Of a stretch of DNA of 64,000 bases, positions 30,155-42,138 are shown one piece after another. The stretch is taken from positions 864,689 through 928,688 of the forward strand of contig CAVPUJ010000001.1 of assembly GCA_963708915.1 (NCBI GenBank), in the 5' to 3' direction. Below the pieces are notes generated by a model. The model saw nothing but the letters and a program-made list of their open reading frames with translations, did no database searches and was not told the origin of the DNA. This DNA is from an uncultured Actinomycetota bacterium. GTDB taxonomy: Bacteria; Actinomycetota; Actinomycetes; Propionibacteriales; Nocardioidaceae. The position numbers were made by a program, and so were the translations under genes. Position 1 is the first letter of the stretch; each line of letters begins with the position of its first letter.

Positions 30155-30727
30155 GTGGTCTTCTGGGTCAGCGCGTCGCTCGACGTCGACGCGGCCGACG
30201 TGGCGCGCGCGACGTCATTCTGGTCGGCGGTGACCGGGTCGGCGCTCCCGGCCCACCTCGTCGTCCGGCCCGCCGCCGGGACCCCGGGCGTGCGCGTGCA
30301 CCCTCACGACGACGACGTCCCTGCCGTACCCGCGCCCGCGTCGTTCCCGGGCGTACGTCGCAGCCGCGTCTACCAGGTGTGCGTCGACATCCCCGGCCCG
30401 GCGTTCGAGGAGGAGGCCCAGAGGTGGGCCTCGCTGGCAGCCGGCCGTCTCGACGTGCTGGGGCGCCGACCAGAGTTCGCCTGGGTGCGGATACCCGGCG
30501 GACCCAGACCGCTCGACCTGCTGCTGCAGCGGCTCGACCGGCACGACGGCCCCGTCACCGCGCACCTCGACCTCGGCACGACCGACCGCGAGGCGGAGAC
30601 CGTGCGCCACCGCGCACTCGGCTCGAGCGTCGTCGCCCGGGAGGAGTTCTGGACGGTGCTCACCGACCCCGCCGGGCTGCCGTACTGCATCACCGACCGC
30701 GACCCGGCGTCGGGCGCGCTCACCTGA
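30155..30727 (+). CDS. VOC / glyoxalase-like protein
   Basis: YQVCVDIP...AHLDLGTTDREAETVRHRALG...WTVLTDPAGLPYCIT. Confidence 0.85.
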   Translation: MVFWVSASLDVDAADVARATSFWSAVTGSALPAHLVVRPAAGTPGVRVHPHDDDVPAVPAPASFPGVRRSRVYQVCVDIPGPAFEEEAQRWASLAAGRLDVLGRRPEFAWVRIPGGPRPLDLLLQRLDRHDGPVTAHLDLGTTDREAETVRHRALGSSVVAREEFWTVLTDPAGLPYCITDRDPASGALT

Positions 30728-31286
30728 GGAGGCCTGCAGCGCGCGCCGGCTCGGCGTACGCGACTGCCAGGCTGCCGATCGTCTCGTGGGCGTTGAGTCC
30801 GCTCGGGTTCGGCACCACCCAGAGCGCCGCGCCGGCGAGGGGTTCGGGCTGACGGCCGGGTACGGCGCCGGGCAGGCGGAACGCGGACCGGTACGCCGTG
30901 ATGCCGAGCACCGCGACCACCCGCGGCCGCACCCTCTCGACCAGGGCGACCAACAGGTCAGCGCCCTCGTGCAGCTCGGCCGTGGTCAGCTCGTCGGCGC
31001 GGGCGGTCGCGCGTCGTACCAGGTTGGAGATGCCGATCCCCCGGGCCACGAGGGCGGCCCGGACCTCGTCGGTCATCGGGTCGGAGACGTCGACCGGGTC
31101 GGGCAGGACGCCGGCACGGTGCAGCGCCGGCCAGAAGCGGTTGCCGGGGTTGCCGAAGTGGGTCTGGGTGGCCGCGGTTCGCAGGCCCGGGTTGATCCCG
31201 ACGAAGAGCAGCCGCGTGCCGGGTCCGAGGAGGTCGGGCACCTCGGCGTCGCGGAACGACTCGAGCTCCGCCCTGGTGAACCTCAC
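30720..31286 (-). CDS. mug: G/U mismatch-specific uracil-DNA glycosylase
   Basis: LLFVGINPGLRTA...HFGNPGNRFWPAL...VVPNPSGLNAH. Confidence 0.93.
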   Translation of the reverse strand: MRFTRAELESFRDAEVPDLLGPGTRLLFVGINPGLRTAATQTHFGNPGNRFWPALHRAGVLPDPVDVSDPMTDEVRAALVARGIGISNLVRRATARADELTTAELHEGADLLVALVERVRPRVVAVLGITAYRSAFRLPGAVPGRQPEPLAGAALWVVPNPSGLNAHETIGSLAVAYAEPARAAGLLR

Positions 31287-31347
31287 GGGGCCAGCCTGGC
31301 ACCCGATTCCGGTTGTGGGTGTCGGTGGCCGGGCTTACCGTCAGGGA

Positions 31348-31773
31348 ATGGACGGCGGCATCCTCCTCGGCATCCTTGCCATTGCCGCGCTCAGCGTCAG
31401 CGGCGCGCTGATGCTCCGCCTGCTCCTGCAGTCGCCGGCGCTCATCAGCCGGTTCGCCGACGACGGGCTCCCCTGGCTGCGCCGCCACCTCGGCCGCCGG
31501 GTCGAGCAGCCCGCCGGCCGCCCGATCGAGGAGATCGCCCGAGCCATCCGCCGGCTCGGCGGCGAGTTCCACGGCGGGCACCCCGGCCGCTCGTGGGTGA
31601 AGTCCGAGGCCTTCCGCCGCGCGTACGACGACGCGCTCGCCGAGGGCTGCCAGGCCCTCGACGTCGACTCCGACCTGCTCGACCTCGTCCCCGGCACCGA
31701 CCGCGACGCGGAGCGGCTGCGGGTCGAGCACCTGCTCGCCGGCGCCGGCCTCGTCCTCCGACGCGCCGCCTGA
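31348..31773 (+). CDS. Small hypothetical protein with N-terminal TM helix
   Basis: MDGGILLGILAIAALS...RAYDDALAEGCQALDV...RLRVEHLLAGAG; TACCGT 6 nt before ATG. Confidence 0.7.
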   Translation: MDGGILLGILAIAALSVSGALMLRLLLQSPALISRFADDGLPWLRRHLGRRVEQPAGRPIEEIARAIRRLGGEFHGGHPGRSWVKSEAFRRAYDDALAEGCQALDVDSDLLDLVPGTDRDAERLRVEHLLAGAGLVLRRAA

Positions 31774-31776
31774 TCG

Positions 31777-31921
31777 CCGAGTCGGCGCATCTGCCGGCCG
31801 ACAAGCGGTCGAGTCGGCGTGTCTGCAGGCCCGAAATGCACCGAGTCGGCGCACCTGCCGCCACGGGGGCTGCAGATACGCCGACTCGACGTGATTGAGA
31901 TCGGCAGATGCGCCGACTCGG
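31777..31921. repeat. Cluster of five 20-bp REP-like units (3 direct + 2 inverted, 32-nt period)
   Basis: Units at 31777, 31809, 31841 and inverted at 31870, 31902; core CGAGTCGGCGYRYCTGC; sits between convergent stop codons. Confidence 0.9.
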
Positions 31922-31923
31922 CC

Positions 31924-33117
<1,194 letters not shown>

Positions 33118-33216
33118 TGGGGCTCCTCCTGTTGTTGGTACTTGACTCGTAGATGAAAGGTGATGCCGAGGACTCGGTTTGGGCAAACCGACGGTGACAC
33201 GTGGCCACCGACAGGT

Positions 33217-35328
<2,112 letters not shown>

Positions 35329-35378
35329 TGTCAGCGTTCCTTAGGTAGGAGTGGGTGCTGGTCAAGGCACCGCGAGCA

Positions 35379-35405
35379 GTACGCCGGCCGATCGGGCCGG
35401 CGTAC
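35379..35405 (-). terminator. Hairpin in the rpsG-fusA spacer (partial terminator or processing site)
   Basis: GTACGCCGGCC-GATCG-GGCCGGCGTAC, 11-bp perfect stem. Confidence 0.55.
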
Positions 35406-35414
35406 CACTGCAGG

Positions 35415-35885
35415 TCACCAGCGGTAGTGGGCGAAGGCCTTGTTGGACTCGGCCATCTTGTGGGTGTCCTCGCGCTTCTTCACCGCGGCACCGAGGCCGT
35501 TGGAGGCGTCGAGGATCTCGTTCATGAGGCGCTCGTGCATCGTCTTCTCGCGGCGGGCCTGCGAGTAGCCGACCAGCCAGCGCAGCGCGAGCGTGGTGCC
35601 ACGCGTGCCCTTGACCTCGATCGGGACCTGGTAGGTCGCGCCACCGACACGACGGGACTTGACCTCGATGGCCGGCTTCACGTTGTCGAGGGCACGCTTG
35701 AGCGTGACCACGGGGTCCGTGCCGGTCTTCTCGCGGCAGCCCTCGAGGGCGGTGTAGACGATGCGCTGGGCGACCTGCTTCTTGCCGTCCATGAGCACCT
35801 TGGAGACGAGCTGGCTCACCAGCTGTGACCCGTAGACCGGGTCCATGTCGATCGGCCGCTTAGGAGCGGGTCCCTTGCGCGGCAT
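35415..35885 (-). CDS. rpsG: 30S ribosomal protein S7
   Basis: [10 protein letters not shown]...[15 protein letters not shown]...[13 protein letters not shown]. Confidence 0.99.
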   Translation of the reverse strand: MPRKGPAPKRPIDMDPVYGSQLVSQLVSKVLMDGKKQVAQRIVYTALEGCREKTGTDPVVTLKRALDNVKPAIEVKSRRVGGATYQVPIEVKGTRGTTLALRWLVGYSQARREKTMHERLMNEILDASNGLGAAVKKREDTHKMAESNKAFAHYRW

Positions 35886-35886
35886 A

Positions 35887-36261
35887 TCAGCTCTTCTCCT
35901 TCTTCGCGCCGTAACGGCTGCGGGCCTGCTTGCGGTTCTTCACGCCCTGGGTGTCGAGCGTGCCGCGGATGATCTTGTAGCGGACACCGGGAAGGTCCTT
36001 CACCCGGCCGCCGCGGACGAGCACGATCGAGTGCTCCTGGAGGTTGTGGCCGACACCCGGGATGTAAGCGGTGACCTCGACGCCGCTCGACAGGCGCACG
36101 CGGGCGACCTTGCGGAGGGCGGAGTTCGGCTTCTTCGGGGTGGTCGTGTAGACGCGCGTGCAGACGCCGCGTCGCTGGGGAGAGCCCTTGAGGGCCGGCG
36201 TCTTGGTCTTCGACGCCTTGTCCTGCCGGCCCTTGCGGACCAGTTGGTTAATGGTGGGCAC
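35887..36261 (-). CDS. rpsL: 30S ribosomal protein S12
   Basis: [11 protein letters not shown]...[17 protein letters not shown]...[12 protein letters not shown]. Confidence 0.99.
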   Translation of the reverse strand: MPTINQLVRKGRQDKASKTKTPALKGSPQRRGVCTRVYTTTPKKPNSALRKVARVRLSSGVEVTAYIPGVGHNLQEHSIVLVRGGRVKDLPGVRYKIIRGTLDTQGVKNRKQARSRYGAKKEKS

Positions 36262-36422
36262 CTGGGTGGTTCCCTTTCTTGACTACTCTCAGTGGCCAGC
36301 GCCTTGCTGGGCACGATCGTGCTGCTCGTACTGGTGTGCCTGTGATGGGCGTGCGCCACGATCGACAGAGCAGATCGTTTCGGGCACGCGCAACGGTCTG
36401 GTCGTGCCAGACACAAGGGTTG

Positions 36423-36452
36423 AGATTACTCTCGCGCAGCAAACACGGTCAA
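36423..36452 (-). promoter_or_regulatory. str operon promoter (TTGACC-N18-TAATCT)
   Basis: Near-consensus -35/-10 about 160 nt upstream of rpsL. Confidence 0.7.
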
Positions 36453-36469
36453 AACGGTGCATGCCCTGG

Positions 36470-37747
36470 TCACGAGGCCTCGACGAGGTCGCCCGCAGAC
36501 TCCTCGACGCGGTCGTCGGCGAGGGGTCGCCGCCGGGCGTTGCTGCGCAGCAGCAGGCTGCTCGCGAGACCCGCCCCGACGATGACCAGCACGCCACCCA
36601 GGATCAGGGTCCAGCGCGGGCCGAAGGTCTCCCCGACCCAGCCGATCACCGGCGAGCCGAGCGGCGTGCCACCCATCACGATCGTCATGTACAGGGCCAT
36701 CACCCGACCCCGGTAGACCGGGTCGGACTCGAGCTGCATGGTCGCGTTGGCGGAGTTGAGCAGGGTCAGCGTGCAGAAGCCGATGACGGGGCACATCGCG
36801 GCGAAGAGCACGTACGACGGCATCAGCCCGGCCGCGATCTCGGCGGCGCCGAAGCCGAGGGCGGCCACGATGAGCAGGCGTACCCGGATCGTCGAGCGCC
36901 TCGCGGACATCAGGGCGCCGGCCAGCGAGCCGATCGCCATGAACGAGCCCAGCAGCCCGAACTCGCTGGCGCCCTTGCCGAACACCTCGGTGGCCATCAG
37001 GGCGGAGGTGATCTGGAAGTTCATGCCGAACGTGCCGGCGAAGAACACCAGGACCAGGACCATCAGCATCTTGGGCTGGCTGCGGACGTAACGGACGCCG
37101 TCGAGGAGCATCCCCGGAGTCCGGGCGACCGGTTTCGGCGTGTGCAGCAGGTCGGTGTCCATGCGTTGCAGCTGCGTGATGGTGGCGGCGTACGAGACGG
37201 CGTTGATGAGGATGACCCACCCGGTCGCCGCGGCTCCGCCGCCGAGGGCGCCGATCATCAGGCCGGCCAGGGCGGGGCCGAGGATGCGGGCGAGGTTGAA
37301 GGCCGCGGAGTTGAGGCCCACGGCGTTGGTGACGTCGTCCTGGTCGACCAGCTCGGACACGAACGACTGGCGGGCCGGAGCGTCGAAGGCCGAGCCGATG
37401 CCGAAGACGAACGCGAGCAGGTAGACGTGCCACACCTCGACCACGCCGAGGACGGTGATCAGTCCCAGCACCAGCGAGGCGCCGGCCATCACCGCCTGGG
37501 TGACCTGGAGCAGCCGGCGCTTGGGGAAGCGGTCGGCGATCACGCCGGCGTACGGCGAGAGCAGCAGGACGGGCAGGAACTGGAGCCCGGTGGTGATGCC
37601 GAGCGCCGAGCCGCTGCCGCCGGTGAGCTGCAGGACCAGCCAGTCCTGCGCGACGCGCTGCATCCAGGTGCCGGTGTTGCTGACGACGCTCCCGACGGCG
37701 TACTTGCGGTAGTTCGGGTTGTGGAGCGACTTGAACGTGGGACTCAG
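36470..37747 (-). CDS. MFS transporter, probable CTG start
   Basis: LSPTFKSLHNPNYRKYAVGSVVSNTGTWMQRVAQDWLVL...AGVIADRFPKRRLL; in-frame MarR stop 6 nt upstream of CTG 37747; first ATG at 37663. Confidence 0.85.
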   Translation of the reverse strand: MSPTFKSLHNPNYRKYAVGSVVSNTGTWMQRVAQDWLVLQLTGGSGSALGITTGLQFLPVLLLSPYAGVIADRFPKRRLLQVTQAVMAGASLVLGLITVLGVVEVWHVYLLAFVFGIGSAFDAPARQSFVSELVDQDDVTNAVGLNSAAFNLARILGPALAGLMIGALGGGAAATGWVILINAVSYAATITQLQRMDTDLLHTPKPVARTPGMLLDGVRYVRSQPKMLMVLVLVFFAGTFGMNFQITSALMATEVFGKGASEFGLLGSFMAIGSLAGALMSARRSTIRVRLLIVAALGFGAAEIAAGLMPSYVLFAAMCPVIGFCTLTLLNSANATMQLESDPVYRGRVMALYMTIVMGGTPLGSPVIGWVGETFGPRWTLILGGVLVIVGAGLASSLLLRSNARRRPLADDRVEESAGDLVEAS

Positions 37748-37753
37748 GGTGTG

Positions 37754-38203
37754 TCAGTCCTTCCGAGAGAGGTCGTCGAGGATCGGGGCGGCCTGCCGCA
37801 GCACGGCCCTCTGCTCGGGGCTCAGCTCGCTGAGGCGTCGCGAGAGCCAGGCATCGCGGCGGGCGCGGTCGGCGCGGACGAGGTCGCGTCCGCGGTCGGT
37901 CAGGCTGACCACGACCTGGCGGCCGTCGGTGTCGTGAGCGCGGCGCGTCAGGTAGCCGCCGGTCTCCAGCAGCTTCACGGTGCGGGTCATGCTCGGGGGC
38001 TGGACCCGCTCGAACCCCGCGAGGTCGCCGACCGTCAGGTCTCCGTTGCGGAACAGGCAGGCGAGCACCGACGTCTGGGTCAGGCTGAGCGCGTCGTCCG
38101 GGAGCCCTTCGACGATCAGCCGGCGGCGCAGCCGCATCACCGAGACGCGGAGCTCGCTGGCGAGACCGGCGTCGGTGCGGGCGACGTTCTGGACGGTAGG
38201 CAT
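37754..38203 (-). CDS. MarR family regulator (Rv0880-like)
   Basis: LASELRVSVMRLRRRL...ERVQPPSMTRTVKLLE...HDTDGRQVVVSLT; TATGCT 6 nt before ATG. Confidence 0.93.
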   Translation of the reverse strand: MPTVQNVARTDAGLASELRVSVMRLRRRLIVEGLPDDALSLTQTSVLACLFRNGDLTVGDLAGFERVQPPSMTRTVKLLETGGYLTRRAHDTDGRQVVVSLTDRGRDLVRADRARRDAWLSRRLSELSPEQRAVLRQAAPILDDLSRKD

Positions 38204-38209
38204 CTCGTC

Positions 38210-38234
38210 AGCATAACTCGTTACCTGTGCTAAC
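38210..38234 (-). promoter_or_regulatory. marR leaderless -10 plus candidate operator GTTA-N7-TAAC
   Basis: AGCATAACTCGTTACCTGTGCTAAC; AT-rich inverted motif next to the -10. Confidence 0.45.
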
Positions 38235-38286
38235 GATTCCCGCTGGCCTGTCCACCCGCCGGAGCGCGCGGGGCTAAGGTGCCCTC

Positions 38287-38574
38287 GTGGAGCTGCCACC
38301 CGAGCGGGTCAAGCACGAGATCGGCAACCGGACCTACATCGTGGCCGACGTCGAGCCCCTCGACGTCGACGGAGTCCGCACCGTCCAGGTGGGTCTCGGC
38401 ATCTGGTTCGTCACCTTCCTCGCCCTGCTCCCCTTCTGGGGCGCCCTCGCCGACGCCGACCGCACCTGGTGGCTCTGGACCTGCCTCGCCGGCTCCGGCC
38501 TCGGTCTCTTCGGCCTCGAGTACTGCCGCCGCCGCAAGGCCGCCCGCGCCGAGGGCCGCCCCTACCGGACGTAG
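38287..38574 (+). CDS. DUF2530 family small membrane protein
   Basis: VEPLDVDGVRTVQVGLGIW...WWLWTCLAGSGLGLFG; next to marR as in the Rv0879c/Rv0880 arrangement. Confidence 0.85.
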   Translation: MELPPERVKHEIGNRTYIVADVEPLDVDGVRTVQVGLGIWFVTFLALLPFWGALADADRTWWLWTCLAGSGLGLFGLEYCRRRKAARAEGRPYRT

Positions 38575-38580
38575 CCGGCG

Positions 38581-38649
38581 CGAGATTTCTCCGGCTGGCC
38601 GGAGAATCCTGAACATGGCGTGGCTAGGGAGGCACGCCAAGTGCAGGGA
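38581..38649 (+). repeat. Dispersed repeat of about 70 bp, copy 2
   Basis: CGAGATTTCTCCGGCTGGCCGGAGAATCCTGAACATGGCGTGGCTAGGGAGGCACGCCAAGTGCAGGGA. Confidence 0.9.
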
Positions 38650-38667
38650 AAGGTCAACCAGTCCCGG

Positions 38668-39444
38668 CTAGAAGCTGACGAACTCGTCGTCGGTGAGGGT
38701 GTCGTGCACCGGATCGGGGAGGGGCGCGGGCTCGTGCTTGCGCGCCAGACGTACCTCGGAGTGGGCGCCACAGCCGTGGTCGAACGTCACGACGCGGCCG
38801 TCGTCGTTGGCGTCGCCGTTGGCGCAGACGCCGAAGGAGTCGGCCATCGAGCCGGCCATGCGGACCAGGAAGCCGCAGGTGCGGCAGGAGTCGGGGGCCG
38901 CCTGGGCGATCGCGGACTCGGGGCCGCCGTCGCCGTCGTACCAGCGCTGGGCGGCGAGGTCGCGGCCCTCCAGGGACAGGGTGCGCACGCGGCCGAGGCC
39001 GAGGTCGGCGGCGACGGTGCGGACCTGGGCCTTCTCGTCGGTGTCGAGCGGGTCGTCGCCGAAGGAGTACGTCGGGACCAGGCGTGGGTCGTCGTCGGCC
39101 ACCGGCAGCAGGTCGCCGGGCGACAGGTCGCCGGGCTGGATGCGCTCGCGGTAGGGCACCCACTCGGGCGCGACGATCGCCCCGTCGCCGGGAATCAGCA
39201 CGACCTCGCACACGGTGACGGTCTTCTGGCGGCTCGCCCGGGCCACCGTCACCGACCAACGCCATCCGTCGTACCCGCGGCGGGTGCAGGCGAACTGGTG
39301 GGTGGCGAGGCGTTCGCCCTCGACCACGGCGCCGAGGTGCTCGCCCACGTCGGAGGCGTCCACGTCGTCGAGCAGGGCGGCACGCGCCGTGTCCACCGCG
39401 GCCATGGCCACGGCGTCCGGCTTGGCTCGCACCGTCGTCGTCAC
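38668..39444 (-). CDS. DUF3027 family protein
   Basis: GYDGWRWSVTVAR...LVPEW-type APEWVPYRERIQPGDLSPGD...CRTCGF...FGVCAN...DHGCGAHSE. Confidence 0.9.
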   Translation of the reverse strand: MTTTVRAKPDAVAMAAVDTARAALLDDVDASDVGEHLGAVVEGERLATHQFACTRRGYDGWRWSVTVARASRQKTVTVCEVVLIPGDGAIVAPEWVPYRERIQPGDLSPGDLLPVADDDPRLVPTYSFGDDPLDTDEKAQVRTVAADLGLGRVRTLSLEGRDLAAQRWYDGDGGPESAIAQAAPDSCRTCGFLVRMAGSMADSFGVCANGDANDDGRVVTFDHGCGAHSEVRLARKHEPAPLPDPVHDTLTDDEFVSF

Positions 39445-39508
39445 CGGGCCATCATCACTCATCGACGCGTCCCCCGTCAGATCGGGCTCGGCGAGGCAGG
39501 ATAGGCGC

Positions 39509-40942
39509 ATGACCACCACGGGGCCGTCGCGCGGACCCGGGCCGGCGCCCGGCCCGGGTCGCGAGCAGGCCGCGAAGGTCGGTCGAGCCCTCGGAACGGG
39601 GGCCCAGAAGACCGGCAGGGCGGTCGCCGGGGTCGCCCGCGGCACCGGCCGCGCGGGGCGCTACACCCTGCGGCAGGCGCGTCGCGCCGCCAGCGCCGAG
39701 GGCGCCGACCGCTCGGGTCTGTCCCGGCTGATCGAGATGCACGCCTTCAACACGGCCGGCGACGCCGCCGTCGCGATCTCGCTCGCCGGCACCTTGTTCT
39801 TCCAGGTCCCGACGGGCGAGGCCCGGGGCCAGGTGGCTCTGTTCCTCGGCCTGACGATGCTGCCGTTCGCGATCGTGGCGCCGCTCCTCGGGCCGTTCCT
39901 CGACCGGTTCAGCCACGGTCGCCGCTGGGCCATCGGGGCGACGATGGCCATCCGCGCGTTCCTCGTCTGGGGGCTGGCGACCGCGGTCACGACCGAGTCG
40001 ACCTGGCTCTTCCCGCTCGCGCTGGGCTGCCTCGTCTCGTCCAAGGCGTACGGCGTCACGCGCGCGGCCGCGGTCCCGCGCCTGCTGCCGGAGGGCCTCA
40101 CCCTGGTCAAGGTCAACGGCCGCATCTCCCTGGCCGGCATGGTCGCGGCCGGCGTCTCGGCGCCGATCGCCGGCGTGGCGTCGGTGTTCGGCGCGGAGTG
40201 GTCGCTGCGCTACGCGTTCGTGCTGTTCGTGCTGGCCACCATCTGGGCGATCCGGCTGCCCGCGCGGGTCGACTCCGACGCCGGCGAGGACCAGGCCGTG
40301 CTCATCGGCTCGGCCCGCTCGCGCAAGGGTCGCCCGCGGATGCGGATCCCGGGCACGGTGTCCTTCGCCCTGCGGGCCAACTGCGGCCCGCGCTGGCTCT
40401 CGGGCTTCCTCACGATGTTCATGGCGTTCCTCCTGCGCGAGAACCCGATCGGCGACTGGGCGCCCGAGGTGCTGCTCGGCATCCTCATCGGCGCCGCGGG
40501 CTTCGGCAACGCCATCGGCATCGGGCTCGCGTCCGTCCTCAAGAAGCTGAACCCTGCCCTCACCGTGGTGCTGGCCCTGTTGGCCGACGCGGTGATGGTG
40601 CTGCTGACCGCCTTGTTCTACGGCGTGCTCACCCTCGCCCTGCTCGGGCTCACCGCCGGCCTGGCCCAGTCCCTCGCCAAGCTCTCGCTCGACTCGACGA
40701 TCCAGCGCGACGTCCCCGAACGCGTGCGCACGAGCGCCTTCGCCCGCAGCGACACCACGCTCCAGCTGGCCTGGGTGCTCGGTGGCTTCGTCGGCATCGC
40801 CCTGCCGCTGAACCCCACCGTCGGCCTCGCCGTCGCCAGCGTGACGCTGGTCGCCTGGGTCGTCCTGGTGCTGGTCAGCTCGCCCAACCGCAAACGCACC
40901 ACGGTGGCCAGCGACGATCGAGTCGCCGTCAAGCAGGCTTAG
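39509..40942 (+). CDS. MFS transporter (Rv0876c-like)
   Basis: GDAAVAISLAGTLFF...APLLGPFLDRFSHGRR...AFARSDTTLQLAWVLGG. Confidence 0.88.
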   Translation: MTTTGPSRGPGPAPGPGREQAAKVGRALGTGAQKTGRAVAGVARGTGRAGRYTLRQARRAASAEGADRSGLSRLIEMHAFNTAGDAAVAISLAGTLFFQVPTGEARGQVALFLGLTMLPFAIVAPLLGPFLDRFSHGRRWAIGATMAIRAFLVWGLATAVTTESTWLFPLALGCLVSSKAYGVTRAAAVPRLLPEGLTLVKVNGRISLAGMVAAGVSAPIAGVASVFGAEWSLRYAFVLFVLATIWAIRLPARVDSDAGEDQAVLIGSARSRKGRPRMRIPGTVSFALRANCGPRWLSGFLTMFMAFLLRENPIGDWAPEVLLGILIGAAGFGNAIGIGLASVLKKLNPALTVVLALLADAVMVLLTALFYGVLTLALLGLTAGLAQSLAKLSLDSTIQRDVPERVRTSAFARSDTTLQLAWVLGGFVGIALPLNPTVGLAVASVTLVAWVVLVLVSSPNRKRTTVASDDRVAVKQA

Positions 40943-41334
40943 GCCTCCAGCTCGTCCGCCAGCGCGCGGAGGAGCTTGGCGACCGGGGCCGACGTGCGGC
41001 GGTCGGGGTGGCGGTCGTGGCGGTAGGCCTCGCCGACGCCGTCGAGCAGCCTGATCAGGTCCTCGACGATCGCGACCATCTCGTCGGGGCGCTTCTTCTG
41101 CGCCTGACGCTGGTTGCGCGCGACCGAGACCGGGGCGTCGATGATGCGCACCTGGAGGGCCTGGTCGCCGCGCCGGCCCTGGGCGATGCCGAACTCCACG
41201 CGCGTACCCGGCTTCAGCGCCGGGGTGCCCTCGGGCAGGGCGTCGCTGCGCACGTAGACGTCGGGACCGTCCTCCTGGGACAGGAAGCCGAAGCCCTTCT
41301 CGGCGTCGAACCACTTCACCTTGCCAGTGGGCAC
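40939..41334 (-). CDS. Cold-shock domain protein with C-terminal extension (mycobacterial CspB-like)
   Basis: PTGKVKWFDAEKGFGFLSQEDGPDVYVR. Confidence 0.93.
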   Translation of the reverse strand: MPTGKVKWFDAEKGFGFLSQEDGPDVYVRSDALPEGTPALKPGTRVEFGIAQGRRGDQALQVRIIDAPVSVARNQRQAQKKRPDEMVAIVEDLIRLLDGVGEAYRHDRHPDRRTSAPVAKLLRALADELEA

Positions 41335-41427
41335 GTCTCGTCCTCTTCTTGCTGCGCGGGGGCCGCAGGTGCGGGCACCGAGAGCCTAGGTGGCCCACGC
41401 CAACGCGCGCCAACGGGTAAGGGGCGA

Positions 41428-42054
41428 TCAGGCCCCGAGGCACTCCTGGGCGGCGACGAACGCGTCGAGCCAGGCGGGGAAGGCCGTGAGGTCGGCGAGC
41501 ACGACGTCGGTGCCGGCCTCGACGAGCTCCTCCTCGGTGCAGCCGCCGGTCAGCACCGACACGCTGGTGATGCCGGCCGCTCGTGCCCCTTCGACGTCGT
41601 GCACGTGGTCGCCCACCAAGAGCGAGGCACCCTCCCGCAGGAGCGCATCCGCCTTGCCGACCCCGACCACCAGCCCGGTGACGTGGTCCACGTCGAGGGC
41701 GAGGTGCTCGACGTGGCGCAGGGCGTTCGGCTCGTACTTGCCGGTGACGACCACCACCCGCCCACCGTGGCGACGGACGGCGGCGATCGACTCGACCGCG
41801 CCGTCGAGGGTGGTGACCGTGTGGATCGCATGGTCGACGTACAGCTCGCGGAACCGGTCCACGGCACCCGCCATCACCTCGGCCGGCAGATGCCCGTCGA
41901 GCAGGACGTCGAGCGGAGGTCCGAGGCGGGAGGTGAGCTCCGCGACCGGCAGGTCGACGCCGAGCTCGCCACCGAGGGCCGTCAGCGTGCCGGCCACGCC
42001 CGGCACCGTGTCGATGAGGGTCATGTCGAGGTCGAAGGCGACGACGAGGGACAT
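41428..42054 (-). CDS. HAD-family hydrolase
   Basis: VAFDLDMTLIDT motif I; VVVTGK; LVGDHVHDVEGA; TACGAT 6 nt before ATG. Confidence 0.92.
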   Translation of the reverse strand: MSLVVAFDLDMTLIDTVPGVAGTLTALGGELGVDLPVAELTSRLGPPLDVLLDGHLPAEVMAGAVDRFRELYVDHAIHTVTTLDGAVESIAAVRRHGGRVVVVTGKYEPNALRHVEHLALDVDHVTGLVVGVGKADALLREGASLLVGDHVHDVEGARAAGITSVSVLTGGCTEEELVEAGTDVVLADLTAFPAWLDAFVAAQECLGA

Positions 42055-42138
42055 GGACCGATCGTAGGGACGGCTGCCCCGGCACCCCGAACCGCTGCCG
42101 AGGTGGGGCCTGTTTGCGACACTGGACGCTTGACCTCG

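Noticed and set aside
31777-31921. Possible mini-CRISPR array
   Set aside because: Units are 20 bp with 12-nt gaps, two are inverted, and no cas genes are in the window; this fits REP/BIME organisation.
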